Source: Moniliella sp. 'wahieum'
Taxonomy: Eukaryota
Direction: 5' to 3'
NCBI GenBank assembly: GCA_003971905.1
Contig: RSEE01000011.1
Coordinates: 620,001 to 684,000 of the forward strand
Length of the DNA stretch: 64,000 nucleotides
Position numbers and translations under genes: made by a program. Below the pieces are notes generated by a model, which was given only the letters and a program-made list of their open reading frames with translations, ran no database searches and was not told where the DNA came from. This document shows positions 1 through 12,814 of the stretch, piece after piece; the first letter of the stretch is position 1; each line of letters opens with the position of its first letter.

Positions 1-459
1 CCGCGGACAGGAAGATGTGGGAGAAGAAACTGAATCGGACCACCGAGGCGCTCAGTGCCAAGAAAAACAAAGGGTAGATGTCACAGTCGGGGCTAGGGCG
101 AGGGAGGCCAGCCAGAGTCGGAACTAGAGGTCAAGGGATGTCAGCAATCGTTCGTGGGGAGGAAGCAAGAGCAGAGGACACGGTGCGAAGCTGAAGAACA
201 GGGACTAGGGAAGGGGCGAGACGCTCGGGACGAAGGAAATAGAAATAGGAGCGAAGTCACTAGTCACTAATAGGCGCTAGTCACTACTCTATATAGTCAC
301 TAGTCAGCGAGTCAGCGCTAGCCAGCGCAGTCAGCGCTCAGGCAAACGATGACAGTAGATATCACATACATCAGCGTATCACAGAGAAGATCTTCTGATT
401 TTTATACATCCGTCCATCTGTCGTGTTCCCATCGCAGGGCGCTTCATCTCCCTTTTGAA

Positions 460-828
460 TCCATATCATTGACAGAGCTTAAGGCTGGGACAGGGGGAAC
501 GATACGTCTAAACCGAACCGTTCATCTTGCGGGGGTTACTTGAAAGCGCCACTAAGGTCCTATAACGCAGACCCCCTTTTTCTTTACGTCATGCTTACCT
601 ATTTGTTTGCGCGGGCGGAATGCGCACCCCACCCCCGCGTGCTCAGCCATGCACATGGGTGATAAAATTCCTCCAGCGTGGAACAGTGGAACGGTGGCTA
701 AGGTGGCGACGGGGAACGGTGGCTACGGTGGCGAAGGTGGACCGGTGGCTAAGGTGGCGACGGTGCACCAAGCACCAAGCTGGGGCGAAGCCCCAGCTGA
801 CCGGGCCGTAGGCCCGGTGGTCTTCTAG
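460..828 (+). mobile_element. Non-autonomous Helitron-like element, copy 1
   Basis: Begins A|TC (459/460) and ends CTAG|T (825-829). Two GC-rich hairpins lie just before the end (AGCTGGGG-cgaag-CCCCAGCT and ACCGGGCC-gta-GGCCCGGT). There is an internal ~24-bp minisatellite (GGAACGGTGGCTAAGGTGGCGACG x3), and both ends recur at 20337-20647. Confidence 0.7.
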
Positions 829-1487
829 TTAATCATTAATCATTCCGTTCCGAGTAGATTCTGCCGTTGTCATTGCAGGGCACAACATGCTTCAAGTGAA
901 GCTTCAGCGCCTTCAGCTTCAAGCTTGAAGCTTGATATATCAGGTCATCGATCACCGGCACCCCACATGCTCGTCTCTCCATGGGGATTACCGGCCTTAC
1001 CAGTTACCGGTTATTCTTGTACTATCTATCGTCCCACCAAGTTCTCTCCATCTCATTCAGGACATGATGTATGATGTATGATGATCGATGATCGCTGACA
1101 TAGGACAGGGGACATGTGACGTGCGGGGCACGAAGAGGACGTCCACTTGCAAAAACCTAGAATACCAACCACCATTAATATAGTAGGACCAAATTAAAGC
1201 CGTGCCCTCTATGAAGTCCCCCTAGTCCTAGCCATTCCGTACATGTGACATGTGTGACATGAGCATGCGAGCCCGCGGGGCCCCAACCACACTGGTCTCA
1301 GAAGCATGCAAGCCCCCATAATACTGTGAGGAGATTGTTCTCCTTAGGACCGGCACCGGGGGATCTGCATACTTAAGTAATAAACCTCTTCTTCATTTCC
1401 ATCGCTATCCATCTAAAGTTGTACCCGACATCAGCCGCACCACCTTCGCTCATTGTTACCAATATCGGCACTGGGGTTTTCCTGCAG

Positions 1488-4032
1488 ATGCTACGCCAAG
1501 TTCTATTACTGGCTCTTGCAGCCGTCCATCTCGTTCAAGCCATCCTTACCCTGAACCCGACCCGGTTCTTGGCTGGACTGGCGTTGAAACGCTCAATCTC
1601 CCCCGTGCAACCGGTCCAACGCCCGCACTGCAGACCAATGGTACCGGCCGTTGGGTCGAGGCGATCGCGAAGGCCAAGCAGGCCGTGGCCAAGCTCACCG
1701 ACGAAGAAAAGGTTTGGCTTGTGACAGGCACCGGGTGGTTGGCTGGCCAATGCTCTGGCAACATTTGGCCTCTCGAAAAGATCGGGTTTAAGGGCTTGTG
1801 TCTACAGGACGGACCTCTGGGTGTACGTGGAGCCGACTTGGTTACAGTTTGGCCCACAGGCATCACCACTGCTGCCCACATTCAGCTCGAATCTCACCCG
1901 TGCCCGCGGCGTTGGTATGGGCGAGGAGTTCCGTGCCAAAGGGGCCAATGTCCAACTGGGCCCCGGGATGAACATGCTACGTGCTCCAGAGATGGACGAA
2001 GCTGGGAAATGTGCGGTGCAGACGCTTACCTCTGGTGAGGCTGCCTACCATACCATCCAAGGTGTTCAGTCAACGGGCGTCCAGGCCTGTGCCAAGCACT
2101 ATATCCTCAATGATCAAGACATGCTCGCAACAACTACTCATACGTTCCTCATACGGCCGTTCCGTGGGCCTCTACTGCTCTCATCGGCCGCACGTATACT
2201 GACGATATACATATTGTGACTCAGGTCGGTGGCTGAAGAGCGTCCGCAGAGAGATCTACCTCCATCCTTTCCCTCCGCAGTGTGCAGGCTGATGTGGCCT
2301 CAGTCATGTGCAGTTACAACGAAGTCAACGGTACGTATGCGTGCGAGAACGATGAAACCCTCAACACGATCCTCAAGTACGAGATGGAATTTAATGGCTA
2401 TGTGATGTCGGATTGGGAGCCCACCACTCAGGGCCAAGTCGGCCAATGCAGGGCTCGACGTGTCCATGCCAGGTGAAATCGACTCGGCCCCCTACGGTTT
2501 CAGTGCCGCAGGGGACTTCAACCCGCTTCCTGTCGTTCCGGGGCCTAATGGGAATCTCACTTCGTATTGGGGCAAGAATCTTCTGGTTGAAATCAAAATG
2601 GATCGGTGCCCATCGAACGGGTGATATGGTATCACGTATTTTGACACCCTGTACATGCTCGGTCAAGATGATGATTTCCCCACCCCCAACTTCTCAGCCA
2701 TTGACCAGCCAATGCGACGGACCAGCAGGCGGTCAACGCCATGTCTCAAAACCATTCCAGCGTAGCCCGGAGGTCGCTGCCGCAGGCACGGTGTTGCTCA
2801 AGAACACCGGTGGGCTCCCCTCAACAAACCTAAGAAGTTGTCTCTCATTGGATCTGATGCGCGCCAGCCCATAACGGGCTTAACTACTTCCTTGTCAACA
2901 CGGGCGTTGACGGAGTCATCGGAACAGGTTGGGGGAGTGGCACGGGAACTTTTGCCTACCTCGTCTCGCCATATGAGGCCATTGCCCAGTACGTTTCGTT
3001 CCTCCTAAGTTCTCATTTTATTGCCATGTTGCGTATATGAAGGACCAAAATACTAACAATGCTTTAATGTTGCACACACGTTTTTCCAGACAAGTGTATC
3101 AAGACCGCACCGGTTTGGCCTGGACATTCAATGACACCGACTACTGCAAGCTCAAACGATCGCTGCTCCGGCCCAGGCGGCGGTTGTGTTTATCTTCAGT
3201 GACTCGGGGAAGCCTTATTCACTGTCGAGGGAACCGCGGGCGACCGAACACCTTACTGCTTGGAAACGACGCAACAAGATGGTCAAGAATGTGGCTGCTG
3301 TGAACAACAACACCATTGTTGTCATCCACTCGGGAGCACAGGTGGAGGTCGAAGAGTGGATCGAGCACCCCCGTGACCGCGGTGCTGTGGGCCGGCATGG
3401 CTGGTAGTGAGGCCGGGAACGCAGTGGCTGATGTTTATACGGCCGCGTCAACCCCAGTGGCCGTCTGCCTTCACTATTGCCAAGAAACGCGACGATTACA
3501 GCGCGGATGTGGTATACACGACGAATGCAACGCACACCGAGATCAAGTACTGGGAGGGCTTGCATGTCGACTACCGCTGGTTCGACTCGCCGGGAGCGCC
3601 TACGCCTCGTTACCCTTCGGACACGGTCTGTCTTACACCACGTTTGACTACGCTAACTCCAAGGGCGCCTTCCTCCCCGGAAAGCAGCTGTTCAATTCCT
3701 CCTTGTGCTCGCACGCGTACCCTCCGGAGCTGTTTGAGGACGTGTTTTCCTTTAGCTTTGACATTACCAACAATGGTACCCTTGATGGGTTTGAGGTGCC
3801 GCAGGCGTACCTTTCCTTCCCCCCTCGAGCGGAGAGCCGCCCAAGGTGTTGCGCAAGTTTGACCGCTTTGCCTGGCGAAGGGAGAGACCAAGACGGTGAC
3901 TTGGACGCTTAACACATACGACCTGTCTGTCTGGAGTCCAAGCACCATAAGTGGGTTGTTCCCCATGGAACGACCAAGCTCCTTATTGGTGCAAGCTCCC
4001 GGGACATTCGTCTTTCCCTCCCGGTCGCGTAA
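1488..4032 (+). CDS. Secreted glycoside hydrolase family 3 beta-glucosidase (introns ~2143-2224 and ~2989-3089; several frameshifts)
   Basis: Signal-like N-terminus [20 protein letters not shown]3 motifs [45 protein letters not shown], nucleophile [32 protein letters not shown] and C-terminal GASSRDIRL. Confidence 0.93.
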
Positions 4033-4550
4033 ACATATACGTGAAGGTTAGGGACCTGAACCCGCCTTTGAACCAACCAACACTACTTTTCTTTTACATC
4101 ACTTGGTGAACTCCCTCTCTTTTATTTTGTCGGCAAGCCCGTGCTCTACGATTCCAAATAGTGTAACTGATGGCTTGATTATTCTCCCGTGCAGGGTCAT
4201 AGATGATCATCTGTAGAGATTGAGGGCCGTGCTCCAAAATTTGAAGGTACTATATAGCTGTGGATGTTTGACACGGGTACTATCCTACTACCCTCGTCGA
4301 TATTTGACACCCTGTATCCGTCGAGAATAGATATTGTGCTCAACAAATATTAAGAGCGAAGACATATAAATAGCAAAATCTACACTACGAGTTCAATCAA
4401 AGATTCATGGATATCCCTGTGGAAATTCCACGAAGGGGGAAAACAGTATAGAAACCTGTGTGTTCTCAGATCTCATGCGTGGGTTCTATTCATCCGCCAA
4501 CGAGAATCTAGAAAGAAAAGGTCAGAAGATCAACGTCGGTAAGGGTAATA

Positions 4551-5533
4551 CTATGCCCAGAGTCCGGCTAACAAAACGTACTGAACCAAAAAGAACACCC
4601 CCTCTTCTCCTTTCTTGCGACGGTCACGGGCGACAAAGTAGACCGCCTGTCCATTCCAATACTTGCGGATGTCAAATGCTAGCGCCCACGAAGGCGCCAA
4701 TCCAAAGGTGGGCAATTGAGTGTGAGCGAGCCGAAATCGACCATACCATGTGCAAAGTCGGCAGTTACGAGGTCGTCCCCCAAATTGCACACTTGTCCGA
4801 TGTTTCGCAGAGGAAAAGTAAGAAACACGCGCTTTGGCTGAGGCAGGGGCTTGGGACCACGCCTTAGTGGACGTTTCCTTTTCTCTGAAGCGGGGGTAGA
4901 AGAGCCAGAGGAAAGTCGGACCTTTAGCTCTTCCTCCCCCTCAGGCAGCAGAGGTGAAACATCATCTTGAATGTACCCCTCCCCAATGGTGGGGGCGCAG
5001 GGAAAGCAGGCCACGTCTCTTGCGCAGTTACTTGTCTACTCGCATCCTCGGCATCGTGGCTACCAGAGGCGACAGTGCCCAGGGCTGGTCCGCATACAAA
5101 TCTTGGGTCAGGTTGGGGTCGATGAATTTCATCACCTGAAGTGCTAGGCTAGTTCCATAAGGCAGACTGTCCTGTACACAGGGAACACAGTGCAAGTCAG
5201 TAATGTCATGGCTCCCATGGAAGGTAGAGACAACGACGTACCCGAACCGGTTGATCAAATTCATTCCCCCACAGTAAGTCATCAGCGGAAACAGGGGCCA
5301 GGAAACGGCCTTGGAACTGAATACTCCACGTGACTTGCTGGCCATAGTCGTGGTGGAAGTAAGGTGCGTCGCTAGCCTCGGGGCGATCGGGATCGGGGAA
5401 GTTCTTAATGCGCACTGTCAACAGACCATCAAAAGAGTCGGTCTTGATGGCTAGCGGGTGCATCGTCGTTGACGTGGACCGGCGCGAGGGTGTCGCGTGT
5501 GCCGCCGGCGAGCACACGGAGGCGAGGCGGCAT
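4551..5533 (-). CDS. DUF1769-family protein (frameshifted)
   Basis: Start MPPRLRVLAG. Segments TDSFDGLLTVRIKNF, TWSIQFQGRF..VSADDLLWGNEFDQP, SLPYGTSLALQVMKFIDPNLTQDLYADQPWALSPLVATM and FDIRKYWNGQAVYFVARDR resemble fungal DUF1769 proteins as I recall them. Confidence 0.75.
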
Positions 5534-8500
5534 GGAAGAGAAGGACTGGGCACAACGCGCCAACCGCCTATCGAGGTGGAGATGGCGGGGGAAAGTAGCG
5601 GCTGGGCTACTGGGATGAGGTGTCTGCGCCCGGTGGTATCAAAGGCGAACTACTGCCGATCGGAACGGCCGAAGATGCTTCGCATGAATTTGTCATTGGT
5701 GCGGGCAAGGAAACTGGTCCGTGCGCTGAAGGTGAAACATTTCATCCTTCTGTCATCATGCATCATGTATCATGCATCATCCAGAGGTAGCCGAATAAAT
5801 GATTGGGAGGCTGCTCTGTGACGCGCGTGACGTCACGGAAGGCCGAGAGTCGAACAGACTTTTGTCCTAATCGGGGAAAGGAGAGAGAGATCACACAACA
5901 GTCACAACTATTGGTCAAGAATGTAACAATTGTTCGTGAGGAAGAAGCAAGAACAGAGGACATGGGTACGAAGCAGAATAACACGGAAAGTGCGAGACGC
6001 TCGAGGCGAGGAAATTTTGGAAATGTGAGAGAGAGATCAGCCAAACTTATGACAATTTTCTTTCATGTGGGGGCATTGAGATAAATCCGTCGCGCGAGAC
6101 GAAGAAAACATGTGGTCTAGGAGACTTCATCCACCCCTTGACCATGGACGTGTCAAGGGCGGACCTCGGCCTGGGGGCCATCGCCCGCGGGGGTTAACCT
6201 TTATTAAGGGGTTCAATCCCCAGGAGGTCGGAAGCGTCGACTCACACTGGTAGTTTCGTACTTGGGTTTGGAGGTGGATCTGTCAAAGGATAGGAACAAG
6301 AAAATGCTTTTGGGCCTATAGCAGAGGTGCGGATGCTTTTGTAGTAGGGCAAGGCTGAGCGCTCAGGCTATGAGCAGGCACCGGCTTGGGCAGTAATAAT
6401 TACATAGGTGTCTGAAGCCGTCAGGAGGCTGATAAGGTACGGGAGGACAAGGAGAGACAGGACGATACTGCCTGGAGTGGGCCTGGAGCTGACTGGAATC
6501 TCTATGGATCATACATTATGAGGAATTCGAGCCAGAACGGGGAAGACTGTGGATGGTATAGACTGCAAGGCGTGGGGAGCGATATCAGTACTAATAGAGC
6601 AATCATAAGAGCAGAAGTTTTCCTTTTCAATTGGCGAATACGGTCCTTGGAGGGAAAACTCACGGCCTTGGGAATCATGAAAGCCTAACAAAGAAACATG
6701 GGGCAATCATAGAGAGAGAAGAGAAAGTGAGACAAGGTAAAGGGTTGATGAACGATCGCCGCCAGGGAGACTGTTTTAATATAAGATTAACGGCACAAAC
6801 CCCCACCGAAAATGATATGAGGTGTTGACTGGGGGGTCCGAGGGCCAATCACCTCTAAAAGCCACGCTGACTTGGTCTTATCCTCCAAGTTATTAATGGC
6901 TGTGCTGTGTCCGGATTCGACCGGTCTCGAGATCGAGCCCCAGACGTTAGTCTAGTTGCCGGCTCCATGCTCATCCCTCTCTTCCTTCTGGGACTATAGT
7001 CCCCCCTCTTAACTGTCTTTGATGTCCCACCATCGCCTTCGACGCTCTGCTGTCCAACAGATTTTCTGGCAGAGATATAGGCCGTAATTATGAAGCTCAA
7101 AACGGGAACGCAGGGTGGGGGGGGGCAAAAGAACGGTAAACGGAGGTGAAAAGGATCGACCGCGTAGTTAACGGTACGTAGGGTCTCGGTGGCCGCCTCG
7201 ACCATCGGACACGGTACGACTCCCCATATGATCTGACTGGGTTGCGGTAGGGAGTGAGTTCGTGGTGGGGTCGAAACGAGGAAGAAGTCCGGAAGTGGAC
7301 CAGGTGTGGGGCAAGCAAGGCAGAAGGAGGGAGTGTGTTAGGAACAGCTGGGACCGCTGTCCCGCCTTCGCCCGTGACAACACAAGCGCACAAAATCTGA
7401 TCGGCGGTCACATGTAACAGGCTCTTCTTCGGACTCCCGACGCTCAATTGACGTCATTTGGACGGGATGGCCTCACATTTCACATTGACCATCATCGAAA
7501 TCATCTCACATGCCCAGGCCTTATTCGGACGGAAAAGAACCAAAGAAAACAAGCTTAAATTGAGGCTTGGGTATCCCGCGTTGCGTTCCACTCATCCACA
7601 ACCTTCCGAATATCCATCGATTAAGGCACATACGACATGATACATGTGATGCTCAGATGCGTAAGATGTAACAGCTACTCTTCGGCGATCACCGATTCCA
7701 TATGGGATGGTGGCCATGTGGTGGCGGGCTGTATAATAATGCATGAGACTTCTGAACCGATGAAAAAAAACGAAGCTAGTAAAACGCGCATCGGTATAGT
7801 TTCCTGGAATCGGCTATATAGATTCTCCGAGGATGCCATGGAGGTTACACGCCGTCGTCAGGTTCGGGAATAGGCGTGTATACCTTTTAGCGCAGATGTT
7901 GACTGTGGTATACTTTTCTTGCACACCTCTTGTATGAAACTCGCCGCCTGTTCACGAGCCTGCAACCCCACACCTGGCACACTTCGACAATGAAAACCAC
8001 GAGACAGAGGCCCAGCCTATCCCAGTCCATCCCTATAGTTGTCCTATACGTCGAATAACCGCTACAGAAATGCTGGTTCTGTGGTGGCCTCGGGGTGTGG
8101 GCATGGATTACATCGATTACAGATGATTGATGACCGGTGAGCGATGAGCGGTGAGCGGACACTCATTTTGGCTTGGCGTGTCTTGAAGAAGCGAGAGAGT
8201 TCTACTCGTCGTGGCGTCTCGCTCGATCATGTCGATCAATAGGATGCACCTGCCCTTTTATTCGGCCGCCCGCATTTCTATGCCCAGCGCCTCAGCAGGC
8301 CTCCCGAATTACAAGTCACTAGTCACTAGTCACGCTAGTTAGCCACGCATTGACGTCACACATCAACATCCTGGCTTGCACCGGTTGTCGGGTCTCCGAG
8401 GCAACAGCTGGGGCGGGGCGGGCGTTTGCGTGGGGTGGGTGATCGATGATCCAGACGACGACAGCTTGTTTGCCTCTAGGCTGCTGGCGGCCCAGGGGCA

Positions 8501-9007
8501 CTAGGCCCGTTCGTGGCATAGCACCTCTCCCTTGCCTCCTGTGCAGCGGGGTGCTCCGTCCCCCCACACACCGCTATTGTGCTCCTCACATGCTTTTAAT
8601 TGCTCACCGTCACTCTTGGTACAACCGGTAACCTTCGCGCTAACCTTGTTCCTGTGCACACATTATACGAGACATGTGGCCGATCGATGACTGGCCACCT
8701 CTCCTGTAAACTCCTCTTCAGAAAGTGTCCTGTTCCATGACCCAACATCTTGGCCATCTAGCCAACAAGAAGAGGCGTAACGCGTAATGCACGTAATGCG
8801 TAATGATCGATGATCGTTAAGTTAAACGTTAATCGCATAATACGTGTGATGTGGATGTGGCTGCCAGCATTGCATTATTGCATGATCTTTATGGGCTGAG
8901 GATAGCTATTTAATAGACGGCGCCTGCGTGTCGGATCTCCACCACGCCACCACCCCATCCACATCCACACCATCCACACTCTCCTCCCTATTTCTCTTTC
9001 CCCCAAG

Positions 9008-9647
9008 ATGCTGTTCACGCCCTTCTCCGCTCTTCTCGCCCTCGTGGCGAGCACGGCGTACGCTGCCCCCCTTGCTCCCCGCTCCGAGGTCGTTCGGGAT
9101 CGGGCTACAACGCCCCGTCCCTCGAGCTCTACAACGACAAGGGCTTCAACAAGACGGTTGCCTTTGGCTCGACGCGTGACAAGGCTGGGTACAAGGTCCT
9201 GGACCTCTCATCCCCCAAGGAAGGCTTTACCTTCTATGGAGTGGGCGCCCACACCCTCGGCACCTGGGGCTCGGAAACGGGACAAGCAACAACGATGGCG
9301 AAACGGTCATCTTTGGTCAGCTCACCCCCTCGGCCTACCCTGAGCGCTGTGTCACCGCCCACGCACTCAACACCAATAGCCTATCCCACTTTTCGGCCGC
9401 GCCCTGTGTCCATGCAGACGACGCTACCATTCGCCCGCAGATCTGGGAACTGCGTCTGGTCCCTCACTGCACCGGACCTCATTGCGCTCACGAGTACCAG
9501 TACGACTACCAGCTCTACTTTATCGGTGGCGAGGTGCCCACCAACGACCTCGGTTACTACACCCTGGCTCCCATCGACAATGCCCACCAAAGCGTGGGCA
9601 CGAAATTGGGTGAAGACCGGACGTACAAGCTGCACTTTGGCAACTAA
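9008..9647 (+). CDS. Small secreted protein of unknown function (~210 aa, frameshifted)
   Basis: Signal peptide MLFTPFSALLALVASTAYA-APLAPR with a short pro-peptide. Coding-like C-rich third positions continue to ...GEDRTYKLHFGN*. TATA-like TATTTAATA at ~8907. Confidence 0.7.
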
Positions 9648-11480
9648 TTTCACCTACCCGTCGGTTCTGTGCCGGTAGTAGTACCGCTTGCGGTTCTTAC
9701 ACTTCTCTGTTTCTCATTTCTTCTTTGCCCCTCACACATTCGCTGCGCCTCCTATGCAGTACGCATTTTTCACTCTCGGCCAAAAACAAGTTCTATCCTT
9801 CACAGCCACACCTGGCATTGCAATCCAATTTTTCTGCGCCGTTCATCACGTTCATCTCACGTTCATCATGTTCATCGCCGTCGTCTCCTCCTCATTACTA
9901 TAGGCAATTCATAATTTGCAGTGAGCTTAATCATCAGGACGAAGAGATACTGCGCCTACCAACTGGCCCTCGCTCATTATTAAGGCGTGTCCTTTTTGCA
10001 CGTGCCCCAACAGCAGCCCACTCAAGAGGCCGCAGTAGAGTCGACAGCCGTACAGCTGGCCCCCTCGCATTCGATTACGCCCAAAAATTGGATGGAGCGC
10101 GAATGGATACGAATTAGCGTGATACAAATGTGAGCGTTAAACGTCTCCAATGAGACTTTTCAGTGAGACTCTTCACAGTGAGATTATTCAGTTGGTGAGC
10201 CATTCTTCCAGTCCTCATCTTCCAATATCTTTTTGCTTCTCCTCTTCCTTGTGGTGGCATAGTGCCCATGCGTCGTAGCCGTGTGCCCAGTGAGAACACA
10301 GAGATGAGTAGGTCTTGTGGGGAATGAGCACATGAGCTGGTCTATTAGCCCCTTAATGAGGTTTTATAGCATAGCTATAGTACATTATACACCTCTCTTC
10401 TCTCTTCGTTTATTATGTTCTGTTGACCACCAGTGGTCTAGAGCCCATCGGCCTTCAGTGACACGTGGCCCGATCCACACAGTGCACCGGGGCAGTGAGT
10501 TCCGACCCTTCCACGGGTTTCCACTGGCCTCCAGGCCAGGAGCCCATCAAGGCCCATAGCTCTAGCTCTCCTTAGCTCTTGAATGCCATCTCCATCCACC
10601 ATCGCCAGCATCGCTAGCTAGGCCTGTGACATGTTCCCTTCTCAGTCTATCAGCTGTATGTTGGCGCTGCCACACTTTCATGACGACAGAGAAGTATTGA
10701 GCACTGAGGACACATGTGACAATGTGACCACACATGTGCTGTGAGAGGGATGTGGCGGTGTGTAGGTTTTTGATCAAAAAAGTATTTTTCCACATACGAG
10801 TTCTTATCCCCCCTGGTTTGCATCTCCCGGTTCTCCTCCCAGCGTAGTCTATCAGGGTGAACGTTCGAGCGCATATGAGGAGGAACCGTACATGGGGTGG
10901 TTGGGATAGGGGGGTGGAGAGAGATGTAGGAAAGCTGGGAAACGTTAGTACGTCGGTCGAGTTGGCAGAGTTGATCCTTCCTTCCCTCCCTTGCAGGTGA
11001 CGCAAGCCAAAGGCATAATAGTAGGGCACCACGTGCGGGACCAATCATTGCCTTTGTACATGGTTGAACTGGCTGGGCCCAAGAGAGAGTCAACGCGATT
11101 GGACCACAGGCTTAGTTGGTTCCCCATCCGCGGTTGACCGACTGTGTGTATATACATATAGGAAGTAGTCAGTATCAGGTCAATGGTGGGACCCCGAGTC
11201 TTCATTCCTGTCCACGGAAAGGATAAAAGGAGAAAACGTATAAGTAATAACCGTGTCGAAGAGACCTTGCCTCCAACGCAACGGCCATCAATTGTGCAAA
11301 GAGCGGGTGAGGAAAGAAACGCTACTATAGGGTCGAGACTATGGACACAAGACAAGCGACCAGAGGCGAACAGCAGTGGAACAAGGAATAGTGCCCTGAT
11401 GGGAGAAACGCCGGCATGGAGAACCAGATTGAGGTCACAAAAACAAAAGGAAAGCGAAAGTGGTGAGCAAAAACAAAAAG

Positions 11481-11568
11481 CGAATCCTGCCGGGGTCGAA
11501 CCGACGACCATTACCATACCTCTCGGGATGGACCGGAAAGTAACACTCTGCCACTGAGCTAAGGATCG
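11481..11568 (-). tRNA. tRNA-Arg(CCG) with a 16-nt intron (11517-11532)
   Basis: Minus strand reads (C)GATCCT TA GCTC AGTGGCA GAGT G TTACT TT CCG G [intron] T GGTAA TGGTC GTCGG TTCGACC CCGGC AGGATTC G, then a TTTTT terminator. The 1:72 mismatch is probably a dropped base. Confidence 0.85.
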
Positions 11569-11844
11569 TGGGCGACGTTTGTTGAGTAAACGGAGTCCGG
11601 AGGAGCGGTACTGATGTGGTGCCTGCTTGTATAACCCTAGCCTTGGCACCGCCCTGGCAGGCCCTGGCACAGCCCCTGAGGCCTGTGTGACATGTGACAT
11701 GTAACACAGCCATGATGCATGCATGACGTCAGGCAGCCACTCTTGCAACGCTTTTGCTAAGCCCTAAACCGTCAACTAGTCGGAATGGTATACTGCTGCG
11801 TTTCTGCGCTGCTTTGTTAGTGTCACCACGCACCATCGCCTCGA

Positions 11845-12530
11845 ATGTCCTCATTGCCAACCTCCCTGCCGTCCAAGTCTTCTGACTTGTTTAAGCCGGC
11901 CCCTCGATTTCCACTCGGTGTGGTGTTGGGCAGCGTCTCTGCGTTTGCCAGGAACTGTGCATGGCCACAGCCATCTTCTCGGGCTGGACACAGTTTTTTG
12001 CTTCTCCACACACTCAGGGGCAAACAGTGTTGTTGTACCTTGTGCTAGGTAGAGTGCTCATTCTCCTCGCTTTGGTACCCCGGGCCGGATGTACCGGCGT
12101 CGAAGCCATGGACTTTGTGGCCTTGGGCCTCCTCCTGATTGGGGCTGCGCTCATTTCCCAAGGCCATGGCACAGCGTTCATGGACATCTTATGCATCGGT
12201 GTTGTATCCTCTGCATGGCATACTTTTCTGGTACGTCAAATTTTCTTCTTTTTCGCTTGTTCGACTCGTTTGCGCGTGCCCTAGGCCAAGGATTGAGCTC
12301 GGTCGAGTCAATCATTGTCCTCAGAAATGTTACCCCCCTGCTGATGACATTCCTGCCCAGCGCTGGAACTACGCCTTGGACCTGGGACGTTGCGTGAGCG
12401 CAATGCTCAAAAGCATTTGGGTGTGGGGCCAGGTCGCGGCGAGCGTGCCGGCTTCCCTTATGCTAGGGTAGCTTCGCCTATCTTTATCATGTTGCACCCA
12501 TACCAGGTATATCTCGGCGAGTCGACTTAA
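11845..12530 (+). CDS. Hypothetical small membrane protein (intron ~12231-12284)
   Basis: Several hydrophobic segments (VLLYLVLGRVLILLALV, FVALGLLLIGAALI, ILCIGVVSSAW) and a GTACGT...TAG intron. No family recognised. Confidence 0.45.
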
Positions 12531-12814
12531 AAGGTCGAGCACGTCTTTCTTCTACCCTATATACCCCAGCTTTCCACCCAATTCCTTGCGCATTTGTTAC
12601 TTATTTGCCAAAATGCAACCCCTTGTCCCAACTTGAGTCTGTTGCTTATATTGCTTTCGGGGAGTGGTGCAACCCGATGCGCAACGACTGTGCCGACTAT
12701 ACGGTTTGGTGGCAGCGGCTAGTGCTTTCTCTGCATCAGCTTCCACAATATCGCCCCTTAAAAGTATAGATAGGTCGAGAAGAAATAGAGCGGGCGAGAA
12801 GGCACAAACCCAAT

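Noticed and set aside
688..765. 24-bp repeats as a CRISPR-like array
   Set aside because: The repeats are directly tandem with no spacers, in a eukaryotic context. It is a minisatellite inside the Helitron-like element.
6205..6225. T-arm-like GGGGTTCAATCCCC
   Set aside because: No D-arm, anticodon arm or acceptor stem could be folded around it.
6281..7379. Possible LTR element bounded by TGTCA...TGACA
   Set aside because: No TSD, no second copy and no coding remnants. It may be TE debris but cannot be supported.
10945..11748. 267-aa ORF on the minus strand
   Set aside because: It overlaps the tRNA-Arg gene and low-complexity intergenic DNA and has no protein-like features, so it is probably spurious.
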